From Perkinsus chesapeaki ATCC PRA-425 (Eukaryota; Protista; Perkinsozoa), in the NCBI GenBank assembly GCA_013115145.1, contig JAAPAO010000175.1, positions 1 through 57,527 of the forward strand: a DNA stretch of 57,527 nt. The letters are read 5' to 3'. Made by a program: the position numbers and the translations under genes. Each line of letters starts with the position of its first letter. Position 1 is the stretch's first letter. Shown here piece after piece: positions 1-11,283 of this stretch. The notes below the pieces were generated by a model. It did not search any database. It was not told the origin of the DNA and saw nothing but the letters and a program-made list of their open reading frames with translations.

Positions 1-111
1 AAATGGGACAAGCTGGCACAAAGAATATAAGTCGGACTCAGCGGAGCGAAGCGCTTCACGAGTTCCGCTTACAGACACGCGTGCCGCAGTGTGTGTGTAG
101 GTAGTGCTCTA

Positions 112-297
112 CTAAGGATATCGTTGTTTGATATAGTAATGAAAATTGATGGTATGAACTAACATGAGTTGGATCTCGAGCAGCGCGCAATCATGCCCTG
201 GAATCGACTCATTTTGTATCTTGCACGCTTCAACCTCGGATACGCCTAGGACTTCGGCTCTAAAACTGGTAACATTACTGATAATGAAGCCTTCCAA
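112..297 (-). CDS. Possible exon of a minus-strand gene running off the window start; product unknown
   Basis: Open frame LEGFIISNVTSFRAEVLGVSEVEACKIQNES; the ORF-track start is TTG, not ATG; no recognisable domain. Confidence 0.25.
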   Translation of the reverse strand: MEGFIISNVTSFRAEVLGVSEVEACKIQNESIPGHDCALLEIQLMLVHTINFHYYIKQRYP

Positions 298-324
298 TCT
301 TGCAGCTATTGTGTGAGTTGGTAA

Positions 325-2185
325 ATGGCGTTCGAAAACATTGCCCCCACACTAGCCCGACTATTCCATTCCCTGCAGACCTGGCTGATGCCCTTCAAGC
401 TCCCTTTTAATGAAGAAGTCTATATGCTCGGTAACAGCTCATTACATACATCGATTACACAGTGCCATTTTACGCCGCTACTCATTCTGAAGTCATTCTT
501 TGTCTTATCCAAGGTCAACTCAATCCCGCCCTTCTTTCCAATTTAGTACATGGTCGGTAGGCGTATCTTGTTGCTTAGGTCGGACGTATCCTCCACCTGA
601 AGTAGACGCGGAAGGCAATGCTCCTCGGCCCGAAGACAGCCCTTTGTATCATTCCTTCACAAATGTCATCCTATTCACTTACCGTTGCGGTTTTGATTCT
701 ATTGAAGGGTGCAATGGTCCCTCCAGCATCAGCGACAAAGGCTGGGGATGCGCTGTAGGCCATTCGCTCCGCTCGTCATCGTACGCTTCGTAATTCCGTT
801 TAATCTACCTTGCCAAGCTGCGTCCTTGGAGCCGCTCATCCAAAGGGTTTGCTAGCTTTGGTTGATACCATCAGATACGCGCCACTCAAATGCTGCTAGC
901 CCAAGCAGTCCGAGAAGCCAGCGCCATAGAAGGTACCTGAGGTCTGAGGTCTTACTCCAGGGATTTGCTCACTACAGATGTTACAGCGGAAACCGGTTCT
1001 GTTCTAAGCCTCTTCCTGGACACCGCCGATGCCCCTTTGTCGCTCCATCGCATGGTGAAGATGGGACAGGAGGTCCTCGCCAAACGCCCTGGGACATGGT
1101 TCGGCCCGACAAGTGGAGGGAAGGTGACTTACTGCTGTCCTGCTGCTTGTTGTTGCAAAGTGCTAATAGGTGGCATCGAAGCTTGTGAAAGCTGCCTACG
1201 ATGAGGACATAGCGGCCAATAGGCCTCCACGTGTCCCTTTTCATTGTGTTGCCTTTGACGATGGCGTCCTCTACAAAGATCAAGTGGAAGCCCTCCTAAC
1301 CGCCGACAGTAGCGGGCTACCTGTCCTGGTCTTGCTATGCGTTAGACTAGTAGCCTTCGTCTTGTTGGCCTTCGTCTGGCAGCTCGGCTCTATTCAGGGA
1401 CAGGATGCCACAATACCTCAGAGCCACGTACCGCTTATTCTCGAGTGCTTCCGAAGGCCGGGCTTTGTCGGCCTCAGTAGCGGCGAGTCGACCACTAGTG
1501 CGTTCTACTTCGTCGCTGCGTGGAGCGGAGGAGTAAGCCGCGGTTCCGCCGTCGCATGAACTATGTTTTGCAGCTTTACTATTTGGATCCTCACATAGCG
1601 ACGCAACCGGCCTTGACCAACCCTGACAAGGTTGAGGAAAACACCTGTATACATCAGCTCAAACCCCACAGTGTAGGTCGCCAGAGCTGGTGGGGGCGGG
1701 GGAGAGTCTTCAGTGTCTCACTTGCTCAGCTGGGATGGTCTCGATTGAACTCATCGATGTGTTTTGGTTTCCTGTTGCGGAATAAGGACGAATTAAATGA
1801 CCTGGCCGACTGGATCAAAAGCGGCAACGGCTTAACGGAGACAGCACAAGATGGAGCCTCCTCCTCTCCTCAGTGGCTATTCGAGGTGATCCTGTTGGCA
1901 GGGAGTCCCAGAGGGGCACCGAATGTCCTTGAAAGAAAAGCATGCCATGTTCCTCTTTTCCTAGTGTATGTCTGCGTTTCGAAGGGTTCTTGATGAAACT
2001 TTAGGATCGATTGCATCCGCCATGGTGTCTAATAGGTTCTGGACACAACTCCGGCCTACGCCAAGCCGGGGGGTGTTGGGACTGACGATGACCTGTCAGA
2101 TGTAAGGAACGCATTCACATCGACCCACCCGCCCTGATTTCAGCCCTTCGATGATCCCGATGAGAAGGACGATTCTTTAATGTGA
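325..2185 (+). CDS. ATG4: Autophagy cysteine protease ATG4 (peptidase C54), multi-exon
   Basis: Exon peptides ILFTYRCGF..SDKGWGC (catalytic Cys), LSLFLDTADAPLSLH..KRPGTWFGPT, FYFVA, LYYLDPH (catalytic Asp/His), SMCFGF follow the ATG4 motif order; start and end approximate. Confidence 0.88.
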
Positions 2186-2401
2186 ATATCATCATCTTCA
2201 TCATCGTCATTGCATTATCATTTTATATAACATGTTACCTTCGGTGATGATTACCCAATACTGCGGACCACAGTACACGGCGGCCGCCGCCGAATCCCAC
2301 CATTACGTGAAATATAGTCCTTTGGTCAGCAGCGCGTTACCTCTTGCGTTGTCGCCACTTTTATACTTCTCAATTGTCGGTTGGCTTGGTTGTCATTCCA
2401 T

Positions 2402-3442
2402 ATGGCACTTTCTCCATCATCTATCGCGTTAAGGCGCTCTCTACGTCGCAAGAGCACCGCCACCACCAGCCTCGTTATCGAGCCGTCTCATACCACCCCT
2501 GGCGTCCCCGTCTTGCCGTTGCTTGACCTCCCCGATGGAGTCCTTCTATGCATTCTGAAAGGCCTTGGTCCGCGAGACTTGATTGCCTTCGAAACATCCT
2601 GTATCGATGCTCGACGGAAGTGCCGTTGTCTGAGAGTGTGGTGCGAGCTGGGCTGTAATGTCTTCCATGGTCAATTACATAGTGACGAATCCTTCTTGGA
2701 TGCCGGGAGCTCCCCAACCTCGAACAAGAGGGTCTCGATCGACTGGAAGTTACGTTACCGCATTTTCGCCACTTTCTCGACGACCTTCAGAGACACTGAC
2801 CGATCAACTATGACGTTTATCGACGAGAGAGATTACGTTGCGTATCTGTCTGCTCGAATCGACGTCGAGTCTCTGAAGACCTCCGGTGGAGTCTATGTGG
2901 AAGTACTTGTCCAGAAAAATGCCGACAATTTGAGTTTGGCATGTGTTGACTTTGACTCTGGTGGGAAAAGTAGTGTCACCTTCTCACCGGATACCGGAGC
3001 CGTTATTAAAGAATCTAAGATCCAAGAGAATCCGAGGAAGGTCAGCGGCTCCTACCGGCAACCGTTGGCCCAAATACAGCAGCTTAAACCGTTCACTGGC
3101 TCGTTGGTCCTCTCGCGGTTCGAAGGTCTTATGGGAATGCTTCTCACCAAAGAAGGTATTGCTTTCTATCGGCGGTTGCCAGGTCTTGCTTGGGAGTGTA
3201 CTGGTATTATTACCGACCTCGCCTGGATCCACGGCAATTATGTAACCCCCTGTATAGCCTTCCGCGACAATGGTATCTATCACGTTATCATTCGTAAACT
3301 TGGTGTGTACCCTCCGCCAACCACGCTGGAAAGGCGCTCACTTGAGCCACCTGTCTTGAGTGAGGATGGTTGGCAGCCTCTCGACTGGGAATCTACAGAC
3401 GGTTATCTCTCAGAGGCCTCCTCCTCCGATGATGATGATTGA
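2402..3442 (+). CDS. Intronless F-box protein with a C-terminal beta-rich (SPRY-like?) domain
   Basis: LLDLPDGVLLCILKGLGPRDLIAFETSC matches the F-box consensus; first ATG at 2402; C-terminal domain call is inference. Confidence 0.7.
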   Translation: MALSPSSIALRRSLRRKSTATTSLVIEPSHTTPGVPVLPLLDLPDGVLLCILKGLGPRDLIAFETSCIDARRKCRCLRVWCELGCNVFHGQLHSDESFLDAGSSPTSNKRVSIDWKLRYRIFATFSTTFRDTDRSTMTFIDERDYVAYLSARIDVESLKTSGGVYVEVLVQKNADNLSLACVDFDSGGKSSVTFSPDTGAVIKESKIQENPRKVSGSYRQPLAQIQQLKPFTGSLVLSRFEGLMGMLLTKEGIAFYRRLPGLAWECTGIITDLAWIHGNYVTPCIAFRDNGIYHVIIRKLGVYPPPTTLERRSLEPPVLSEDGWQPLDWESTDGYLSEASSSDDDD

Positions 3443-4357
3443 TCTTAAGAGAGAGAGCGTATGATGCAAGTGTAACATTTCAATTAATACTGTTTATGGG
3501 ATTGCTTTCTCACTATGGAAGTTGTCACAACTTTTTGCTAGTAGTTGACTATCATGTGTTGTTAGACTTCGTAGTGCACAATCGAGTGATTGTCTGTGTT
3601 CTCGTGAACAAGGAGATTGGACGATGGTCACGACGTCTCTCACAGTTACTCGTTATTGAGGATTATTTTACTTTGACTATAATGATTGTTAGTCGTTCTT
3701 ATTCGTCGTATTCAGATGATAACAGCAGCAACAGCAGCATTAGCAGTGGTGTAGATATCACAGCAATATCGTTCAAGTGTAACATCGTATGGATATGTCT
3801 GTTAAACAACGGTGTTGCGTAAAGTATTTAGTGACCCACCATAGTGGGTCATGACAGCGGAAGCTACCGCCGAAGCATACGAAGCCTGCACAGTAGTGCG
3901 CGTCACCGTGAAAGAACAATGCAAGGCTCTGCAGTTTACTGCGAATTAGATATTGCGGCTCACGGCGAGGAATATCGCGGCATGATTTCACGGCTTGGTT
4001 ATATTGGCGCCATGCTAAACGAATCTCACGCACGAGCTTGGCTAAAGTCCCACTATTCCTACTATTCAGTGTAAGCCCGGTGTCAATCACCTTTAAGCGT
4101 TGTTGTAAACAGATCATAATCGGGTTAGAGGCATACTTTACGTGTCGTTTACGCACCCTGTGTGATTCACTTATAAGAGGGCTAATCCTGCCGGTGGTGA
4201 CAGAGCCACGCCCGACAGCAGTCGTCGTAGTGCGCCAGGCGCTCACACCACGGAACACACTTCATAAGTAAGGGTTCGTTTCTAGTTTCACAAAGATCTA
4301 CGCTCGTACATCGCGGCCATGTACGAAGACTTGAGGGGTGGGCGTCTGCGTGCAGAT

Positions 4358-4447
4358 GTACGCATACACAAACACTATAAATTAAGGATCATTTCAATCC
4401 TTGTACGCATACACAAACACCATAGATTAAGGATCATCTCAATCCTT
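4358..4447 (+). repeat. Two-copy 45-bp tandem repeat, each copy containing an AAGGAT-N7-ATCCTT hairpin
   Basis: GTACGCATACACAAACACTATAAATTAAGGATCATTTCAATCCTT followed by a copy with 3 substitutions. Confidence 0.9.
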
Positions 4448-4771
4448 ACTGTTGGGTTTAACAAGGGGACAGGCAAGCCTATCTGGCCGTTGTCCCGAAC
4501 CGTTGGCCAGTTAAGTGTTGACCGAGTCGGCGAAGCAGTTGCTCATCCTTTGTCTGGGGAAAAAGAGAACACTAAGCTCTTCTTCCTAAGCTTACTCGAG
4601 CAGTTAGAGCACACCGCTCACTGCCAGGCGCTTGGAGCGCATCGTCATCCTGGGGATAACACCTCCGTGACGGGGCGAATGTGCGACAGAATCCTGTCAC
4701 GAGTGAGGGGTGTCACACAGGACTTGGCAACCACTCAACCTGTCGTCGCCTTGAGCAGATTTATTCTCATC

Positions 4772-5449
4772 ATGGCTTCACAGGTCATTGAGTACTCCGC
4801 TGATGATACAGCAGAAGGTTTCCTCCGATGGCGCCGGTGGAAGGAGCCAACCTCGCTTCCGTACTTGCACAAACTTTTGATGTCCGTACGAAGGCGGAGA
4901 ACGTGGAAACGTGATGTGAGATGGATTCCTATCCTGGTGATATTGTTGATCTTTATCACAATATACATTTCGACCTTGGTTAATTTGTTATACGATATCA
5001 CGCCGGTTTTTCTGGTGTCATTCAAGACGTTGACTGTAGATAGTCCTGTGTGGTGTGGTATGACGGTATTAGATTCTGATTCATTCCACTGTTTCAATGG
5101 AACGATCGACGTTAGAATATATAATAAGCTTTGGTTAGATGTTGACATATTGGAATGCTCATTGGATTGGACGAATCCCCTGGAGACCGGTGGAGGCTCT
5201 TATGGCGGACGTTTGAGTTACAGTGACGTAAGTGTGCCTTCGAGGAGTGATAAAACCTATACTCTGAAGATGGTAACCAACGTAGCCGAAGTTCCTGTCC
5301 GATTCCATCCGACGATAGGAGTGTTTGGTGTTCGCTTCATCCTCAGAGTGCTCGGATGTGATTTTGATATTATTCACAAAGGACAAGACAAACGTGTGGT
5401 GGTCGTCAATTCAAGGGGATCAGCCGAGAAGACAAAGTTCCCGAAATAA
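4772..5449 (+). CDS. Single-TM protein with LEA_2/NDR1-HIN1-like C-terminal domain, paralog 1
   Basis: Basic stretch, then TM WIPILVILLIFITIYISTLVNLLY, then beta-rich domain (FNGTIDVRIYNKLWLDVDIL); start assigned from the shared MASQVIEYSADD N-terminus with paralog 2. Confidence 0.65.
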   Translation: MASQVIEYSADDTAEGFLRWRRWKEPTSLPYLHKLLMSVRRRRTWKRDVRWIPILVILLIFITIYISTLVNLLYDITPVFLVSFKTLTVDSPVWCGMTVLDSDSFHCFNGTIDVRIYNKLWLDVDILECSLDWTNPLETGGGSYGGRLSYSDVSVPSRSDKTYTLKMVTNVAEVPVRFHPTIGVFGVRFILRVLGCDFDIIHKGQDKRVVVVNSRGSAEKTKFPK

Positions 5450-5921
5450 GCCAGCTGTTGGTCTCCAGCAATTCCTTAACGCCTTGAAGAGACGTAGTGA
5501 CGATTCAAGTCACCACAGCAGCATCCTATTCCGCTCCTCACTCATATCATGTTTCTCGTTATCTCGTCAGCTCTGATACACGCCACAGCGTCGTTCTCTA
5601 ATAAGCCCTAGACGGTTCCCTCAGTTTTGCCGTGCACATCAGTAGCGATGTCAGGGTTCGCAACGTTTATGTTCCGCGATGTACAGTATTGCACACTTTT
5701 CACACTGATTCGGTACTGCTTGAGTTACTTTGAAAATCTTCAGTAAAATAGGAAAGTTACTCACACAGACGGGAGCTCAGCTACTGCTAAAGGATCGCCA
5801 TTATCTTTGAAAGGTATGCAACTTCGATAAGTCACTTTGGTATCCGGAGTGTTGAACTTGATCTGAGCTGGTTGACCGGCAAAGCTGGAGAGAATTAGAT
5901 GCATTAAAATATGAATCTATT

Positions 5922-6060
5922 CTAGCCAATGGCGACAAGTCGTACGGCGTGGATAATGGTTTCTGTTTTGATCTTTACCACGAGGACGATTATGAGTTCT
6001 ACCAACCCTGCAGCGGCGTTGGTGACTGCGACGACTCATTGCTGGAGGCGAGCAGATACT
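5922..6060 (+). pseudogene. Decayed fragment of the Cys-rich domain of the mucin-like gene at 7723
   Basis: Translates ANGDKSYGVDNGFCFDLYHEDDYEFYQPCSGVGDCDDSLLEA versus ANCDQSYCKNNGFCFGLYHKGDSKCYQPGSAAGDCDDSLLEA; no nearby in-frame ATG; several Cys lost. Confidence 0.8.
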
Positions 6061-6287
6061 CGTCTTTGGTCTGACGAAAAAAGAAGCCAATACACCCTTC
6101 CGCTTAAGCCTACTGGGGAAAGTAAAGCATACCGTTAACTGCCAGCCGCTTGAAGCGTATCGTAATTCTAGGGATGTTACCATCGTGACGGGGTGAAGGT
6201 GCGACAGAATCCTGTCACGAGTGAGGGGTGTCACACAGGACTTGGCAACCACTCAACCTGTCGTCGCCTTGAGCAGATGTATTCATC

Positions 6288-6980
6288 ATGGCTTCACAGG
6301 TCATTGAGTACTCCGCTGATGATACAGCAGAAGGTTTCCTCCGATGGTACCGGCGGGAAGAGCCGACCTCGTCGTCGCTTCCGAACTTGCACAAAACCTT
6401 GATGCCCCTGCGAAACCGAAGGGCGTGGTCACGTGCTCTTCGGTGGGTTCCAATTCTGGCGATATTGGTATCTGTGGTCTGGTACATATTTACATTCTTG
6501 CTCGTATTATACAATCTCCCTTTGGTATTTCCTATGTCATTTGAAAGGTTGGCTATACACGACCCTGTGTGGTGTGGTATGTCGACGTTGGATTATATGT
6601 CATTTTACTGCTTCAATGGCACCGTCGATGTGAGGATACAGAATAAATTATGGTGGAATGTCGAAATATTGGATGGTTTATATATAGTTTGGAGGCCCCG
6701 CCTGGTACCCGCTGAGACGCAAATTCATTACTACACGCAAGTGTCCACTCTTAATGTCGTGGAAGTGCCTTCGAAGAGTGATCGAACCTATACTCTGAAG
6801 ACGGTTTGTGTCTTTCCCGAAGCACTTGCCCGGTTTGATTTGACAGCGGAAGTGCTTGCGGTGAACCTCAACATCCGTGTGCTTGGATATAATTTTCACA
6901 TTGCGAACCAAAAGCAAAAGCAAGATACCCTAGTAGTAGACTTGAGGGATTCGGCTCAAAAGGAATTGCCTTCCAACTAG
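6288..6980 (+). CDS. Single-TM protein with LEA_2-like domain, paralog 2
   Basis: Collinear with 4772-5449 (identical N-terminus, PVWCGM..LD..SF.CFNGT.DVRI.NKLW, VPS.SD.TYTLK). Confidence 0.7.
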   Translation: MASQVIEYSADDTAEGFLRWYRREEPTSSSLPNLHKTLMPLRNRRAWSRALRWVPILAILVSVVWYIFTFLLVLYNLPLVFPMSFERLAIHDPVWCGMSTLDYMSFYCFNGTVDVRIQNKLWWNVEILDGLYIVWRPRLVPAETQIHYYTQVSTLNVVEVPSKSDRTYTLKTVCVFPEALARFDLTAEVLAVNLNIRVLGYNFHIANQKQKQDTLVVDLRDSAQKELPSN

Positions 6981-7722
6981 CTCAGCACTTGAATGGAGTC
7001 GGAAGCTTTCCATCATTCTCATTACTCATACTGAGTCTCTTTTTTCCTGTCAGGCTCGAGCCTCTTAAAGCATTCTAGAGTTCAGAAAGCGAGTTAGCAA
7101 TTGAAGTCTTGCGGTTTTGAGTAGCAAATCCCAGGTCGAGCTTCATCCCCTCAAACACAGTAGCCACCTATTGCACAGTTTCCATACACTAAGAAAGCTT
7201 TATTGTTCAGTATGTTATCATAACATTGTTATGCTGTCTATAATAATGGTTTTACTGCCCAGCGCACGCTCTATACTCTGTTATGAAGTAGCCAATGGAG
7301 GTGTCCAGCGAATCCAACGTCCGATATCGGAAAGCATCAGCTGGAATATACGAAGCATTTCTTCTGGAGGTCGGCTTGTTTACACATCGTTTAGTCCGAG
7401 CGCCTCGAATTTAGTCAAATCTGGTGACAAGTGATGCTCCTCAACTAACTGTAGGCCCTTCCGCCGAATGTCGAATACGTAATGATAGCTAGTGTAATAG
7501 GAACGACTACTAAGAAGAAGTTGCAGATTCCCCCACACTCGAGCCTAATAATAGACCTGCGTTACGACACCTGAAACACGTACAAGGTGCTTCAGTCGAA
7601 TCTAGCGATCGTCGCAATCGTGACTCACTTGGTTCAATCAGTGAAGTTCGTTCGACAGCGTTTAGCATGTTCGGGAATTCTAGTGTCTTTTCAGTTACCT
7701 ATTTTACGTTTTCATCTTCCGT

Positions 7723-8922
7723 ATGCGTTCTTGGGACATAACACTACTTTTGAGCGGAGCTGCGGCCACGGGTGTCTTCACAGAGGAGGCTTCGGTGATC
7801 GGTGATTACTGTAATGAGATGTGCGCTCAGACAGCTAACTGTGACCAGTCCTACTGCAAGAATAATGGTTTCTGTTTTGGTCTTTACCACAAGGGTGACT
7901 CCAAATGCTACCAACCCGGCAGCGCGGCTGGTGACTGTGACGACTCACTGCTAGAGGCCGTTAGGTGCGGAGATTACCCGACGATTGCTTGTGACGATGC
8001 CTGTGCCGGCATACCGAGCTGTGCTTCGTCTGACTGGGGTACGTACTGTAAAAGCTGGCAAGCTTATCCGGTCTGCTTTGGTATAACAGTGGAAGCTGAT
8101 GGAAGCCTATGTTACAGTGCAAGTGATGAAGACTGTTATGGCAAGGAGTATCCCTGTGAGGAGACTACCACTCCGGAGCCTACTACAGTCCCAGAGACTA
8201 CCACTCCGGAGCCTACTACAGTCCCAGAGACTACCACTCCGGAGCCTACTACTGTCCCAGAGACTACCGCTCCGGAGCCTACTACAGTCCCAGAGACTAC
8301 CACTCCTGAGCCTACTACTGTCCCAGAGACTACCACTCCTGAGTCTACTGCAGTCCCAGAGACTACCACTCCTGAGCCTACTACAGTCCCAGAGACTACC
8401 ACTCCTGAGCCTACTACAGTCCCAGAGACTACCACTCCGGAGCCTACCACCGTCCCAGCTACCACTCCGGAGCCTACTACAGTCCCAGAGACTACCACTC
8501 CTGAGCCTACTACAGTCCCAGAGACTACCACTCCGGAGCTTACCACCGTCCCAGCTACCACTCCGGAGCCTACCACCGTCCCAGCTACCACTCCGGAGCC
8601 TACCACCGTCCCAGCTACCACTCCGGAGATTTTCTTGCCTCCAACATATGAGGATGTGGCTGGTGACTGGTGCAGCGGAACCCCTCTTGGCCCGGTCAAG
8701 ATTAGTGCCACTACTTCTGGTACCGGTACGATTTTCATTGCTGGACAGACTTTCTATTTCACATATACCCTATCGTTCTATGAGATTCTCATTACTACTT
8801 CAGATGCTGCGCTAGCAGCCTTGGTCGCCCAGCTCAACACTCGGGTCTATGCTGTCTACACTAAAGACGGCATCTATCTTGAACTCGTTAACGTCTTCGT
8901 TACTACTCTCACGAAGTGCTAA
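7723..8922 (+). CDS. Secreted mucin-like protein: signal peptide, Cys-rich modules, Thr/Pro repeat stalk, C-terminal beta domain
   Basis: Hydrophobic N-terminus; two related Cys-rich modules (SYCK..CFGL / TYCK..CFGI); ETTTPEPTTVP repeats; intronless 399-aa ORF. Confidence 0.85.
   Translation: MRSWDITLLLSGAAATGVFTEEASVIGDYCNEMCAQTANCDQSYCKNNGFCFGLYHKGDSKCYQPGSAAGDCDDSLLEAVRCGDYPTIACDDACAGIPSCASSDWGTYCKSWQAYPVCFGITVEADGSLCYSASDEDCYGKEYPCEETTTPEPTTVPETTTPEPTTVPETTTPEPTTVPETTAPEPTTVPETTTPEPTTVPETTTPESTAVPETTTPEPTTVPETTTPEPTTVPETTTPEPTTVPATTPEPTTVPETTTPEPTTVPETTTPELTTVPATTPEPTTVPATTPEPTTVPATTPEIFLPPTYEDVAGDWCSGTPLGPVKISATTSGTGTIFIAGQTFYFTYTLSFYEILITTSDAALAALVAQLNTRVYAVYTKDGIYLELVNVFVTTLTKC
8161..8628 (+). 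repeat. Coding minisatellite, about 14.5 units of 33 nt (ETTTPEPTTVP) and 30 nt (ATTPEPTTVP)
   Basis: GAGACTACCACTCCGGAGCCTACTACAGTCCCA-type units read directly. Confidence 0.97.
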
Positions 8923-9431
8923 ATTCCCTTCTTACTGTCTTTGATTTTTCATATCGTGTGCGGCCCTAGGTGGTAAGGTCGTTGCAAGGTTCCTTGACAT
9001 ATTGGTCTGCGTCTGTCTGGGTCTACTGTGTGTGCCGTACTGGTCGAGTGAATGCTTTTATTACGACTATTTTGTTGCGTTGTTAACATTTCAAATGATT
9101 CCTCATTAAGCTCCTTCTTTTACAGCCCAGTGACACTTCGTCGCAGGGTGAATGTTCCAGCTAGGAGTTTTCGATTAAAGGTCAAAAAGCGACTTAATTG
9201 GTTCCATTGCCCTCGATTGTGCGAGTGATGTCTCGTTCCTCCCGACAGCCCTTGGGTACTGATGTCCATGAGCTGCTTAGATACTTGAACAGTCAGTATA
9301 GAAGTAGTGCGCATAATAATAGTTGCATCGGCAGGTCTTGATGAATCGATCATCTGGGCGTGCGCTTTCTCAGTTGTCGCCATCGTAAAACTCCCAACTC
9401 GTACTCGCGTTTTTTCTAACTAGCCACTGTA

Positions 9432-10912
9432 ATGGACGCAGGCAAAGATATGTCCAATCGGCTTCTTGATCCATCATTGGTGACTGGAACCTCGCTGGAC
9501 TACTCCTCGACGGCAAGCCCGATGCCCTACCGTCAGGGGTTCGTTCAGAGGTCCTTGTCGCCACTGACCGCAGGAGGGATAAGGCAGTCGACGTTTACGC
9601 TTATTTCTACGGCAATGGGAGGAGGTGTACTTTGTTTGCCGTACGTTATGAAACAGGTGCGTCTCGGGAAATGGAAACTTGGGCTTTTCAACTGAGTAAA
9701 AATGGCACGACGATCGTTGTGTTTCAGGTTGGTCTCATCAATGGAGTCCTTCTCTTGAGTATATCATCTCTCATCGCCTTCGTGACGATGTACATTTTAA
9801 TAATGTGTGCGGTTAAGGTTAACAAGCACTCCTATGGATCACTTCTGGGCTACTGCGCTGGCAAATGGGTTGCACCTGTTCTCGATGTCGTTTTATTCTT
9901 CTATGGTATGGGTGCTGTTATCGCCTATTTTATCTTATTAGGCGACTTTCTACCTGCACTTTTCCAGAGCATCGGCGTCACATCAGCAAGCCGCACAATC
10001 TGTATGGTCGGAGCGGCCATTTTTGCGGTGCCGTTCGTGCTGCCCAGACGGTTGTCGGCTCTTCAATACGTGTCCCCAGTGGCGACCTTCTCCCTCGTGC
10101 TTACCGCGGTCATAACCATGATTAAGGCACGCACCGAGGCCACCTTTCTACCACCAGAAGCTCCTATCAATTTGGCGCTGTTCGGGTGGCCGTTGCTGAA
10201 GGCTTTCACGATCACCCTTTTTGCCTACATCTGTCATATGAACGTCGTCCCAGTTGCCGGCGAGCTAGTTGACCCAACTCCTGCGAGAGTTCTAAAGGTC
10301 ACTTCTAGAGTTGCATTCGTACAGTTGCTCTTCTACATCGTTATTGGCGTGTCGGGCTATCTGAGCTTTTCCCAATTAACTCATCAAAATTACATCACCA
10401 ATTACCCAGCGGGTGACATTCTAATCAGCCTTTGTCGCCTGGCACTATCATGCAGCCTATTGTTCTCCTTACCGATCAACACCAACCCAACAGCCAAGGC
10501 AGCTGTCCACTTTTTCCAATCGATGAGAGAGATCTTGGCCGACTCTAGAGATGATCAGCTTCTTCCTACCAGAAGGAGGGTGATGTCGTCCGTCAACGAG
10601 GAGACTTCAGGGGCGAAGGCTCTAAGAATATTTTTCAGCTTTTTGGTTTTGCTTGCCACGCTGACGGTCGGCATCCTGGTACCAGGCGTGGCCGATGTTG
10701 TCTCCTTACTGGGTGGTTCGCTCGGTACGATTATTATGATCGTTTGCCCAGTTTACATTTTCGTAACGATAATGAATGTTGACTCCAAGACGGTTATGGG
10801 ACGTATTGTGGTGTGGTCTTTGGTTGTGACTGCAGTTGTGGCGATGACAGCTGTTTGCCTTATGGTGACCAATGCAGTGGGGATTACCCATATCCCTTTA
10901 ACGGTGAACTAG
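9432..10912 (+). CDS. Amino-acid transporter (Aa_trans/SLC38-like), paralog A, intron 9657-9727
   Basis: STFTLISTAMGGGVLCLPY, FAYICHMNV, GYLSF, about 11 TM segments; phase-0 GT-AG intron after YVMKQ. Confidence 0.9.
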
Positions 10913-11283
10913 GTTGCTCATTTCACTATAAATTTTTTACTGCTGAAGGCGGGTAGCTCGGCAGCCTCTTACATTGTAGAGCTACCGCAATTGCTGTTGG
11001 CCGCGACGAAATCTATTTTTTAGTGGACGAGTTTTACCCCTAATAATACTGTAACTGGTCTGATGACCCGAGGTACATTTGACGTAGAGTAATGTAGCCT
11101 ACCACTACTAGCAAGTACTGTGGCACATTTCACTTGTCGTTGTTGGCAGGGCTGAGGGTGTTGCCCAGCTCCAGGGTATCTACCGTTATCCCACAAAGCA
11201 TGTTGTGTTCCTTGTCGTCTCTAGCGTTGACCATTTACGAGCAGCTTGTTTGGCGCCTTAGTGCTTTCTTTTATTAAAGTTTA

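Noticed and set aside
4750-4760. CTTGAGCAGAT (also 6268-6278), antisense-similar to the 3' end of the Perkinsus spliced leader as I recall it
   Set aside because: Only 11 nt with a gap, wrong strand for a relic SL, and the rest of the SL is absent; no full SL or SL-RNA gene was seen in the window
4319-4771. 151-aa N-terminal extension of LEA paralog 1
   Set aside because: Absent in frame from paralog 2 and runs through the repeat and the shared upstream core; likely non-coding
8099-8815. Long alternative-frame and antisense ORFs over the mucin repeat
   Set aside because: By-product of a stop-free repeat with unit lengths divisible by 3
11060-11066. CTGATGA hammerhead-like core
   Set aside because: No stem II and GAAA downstream
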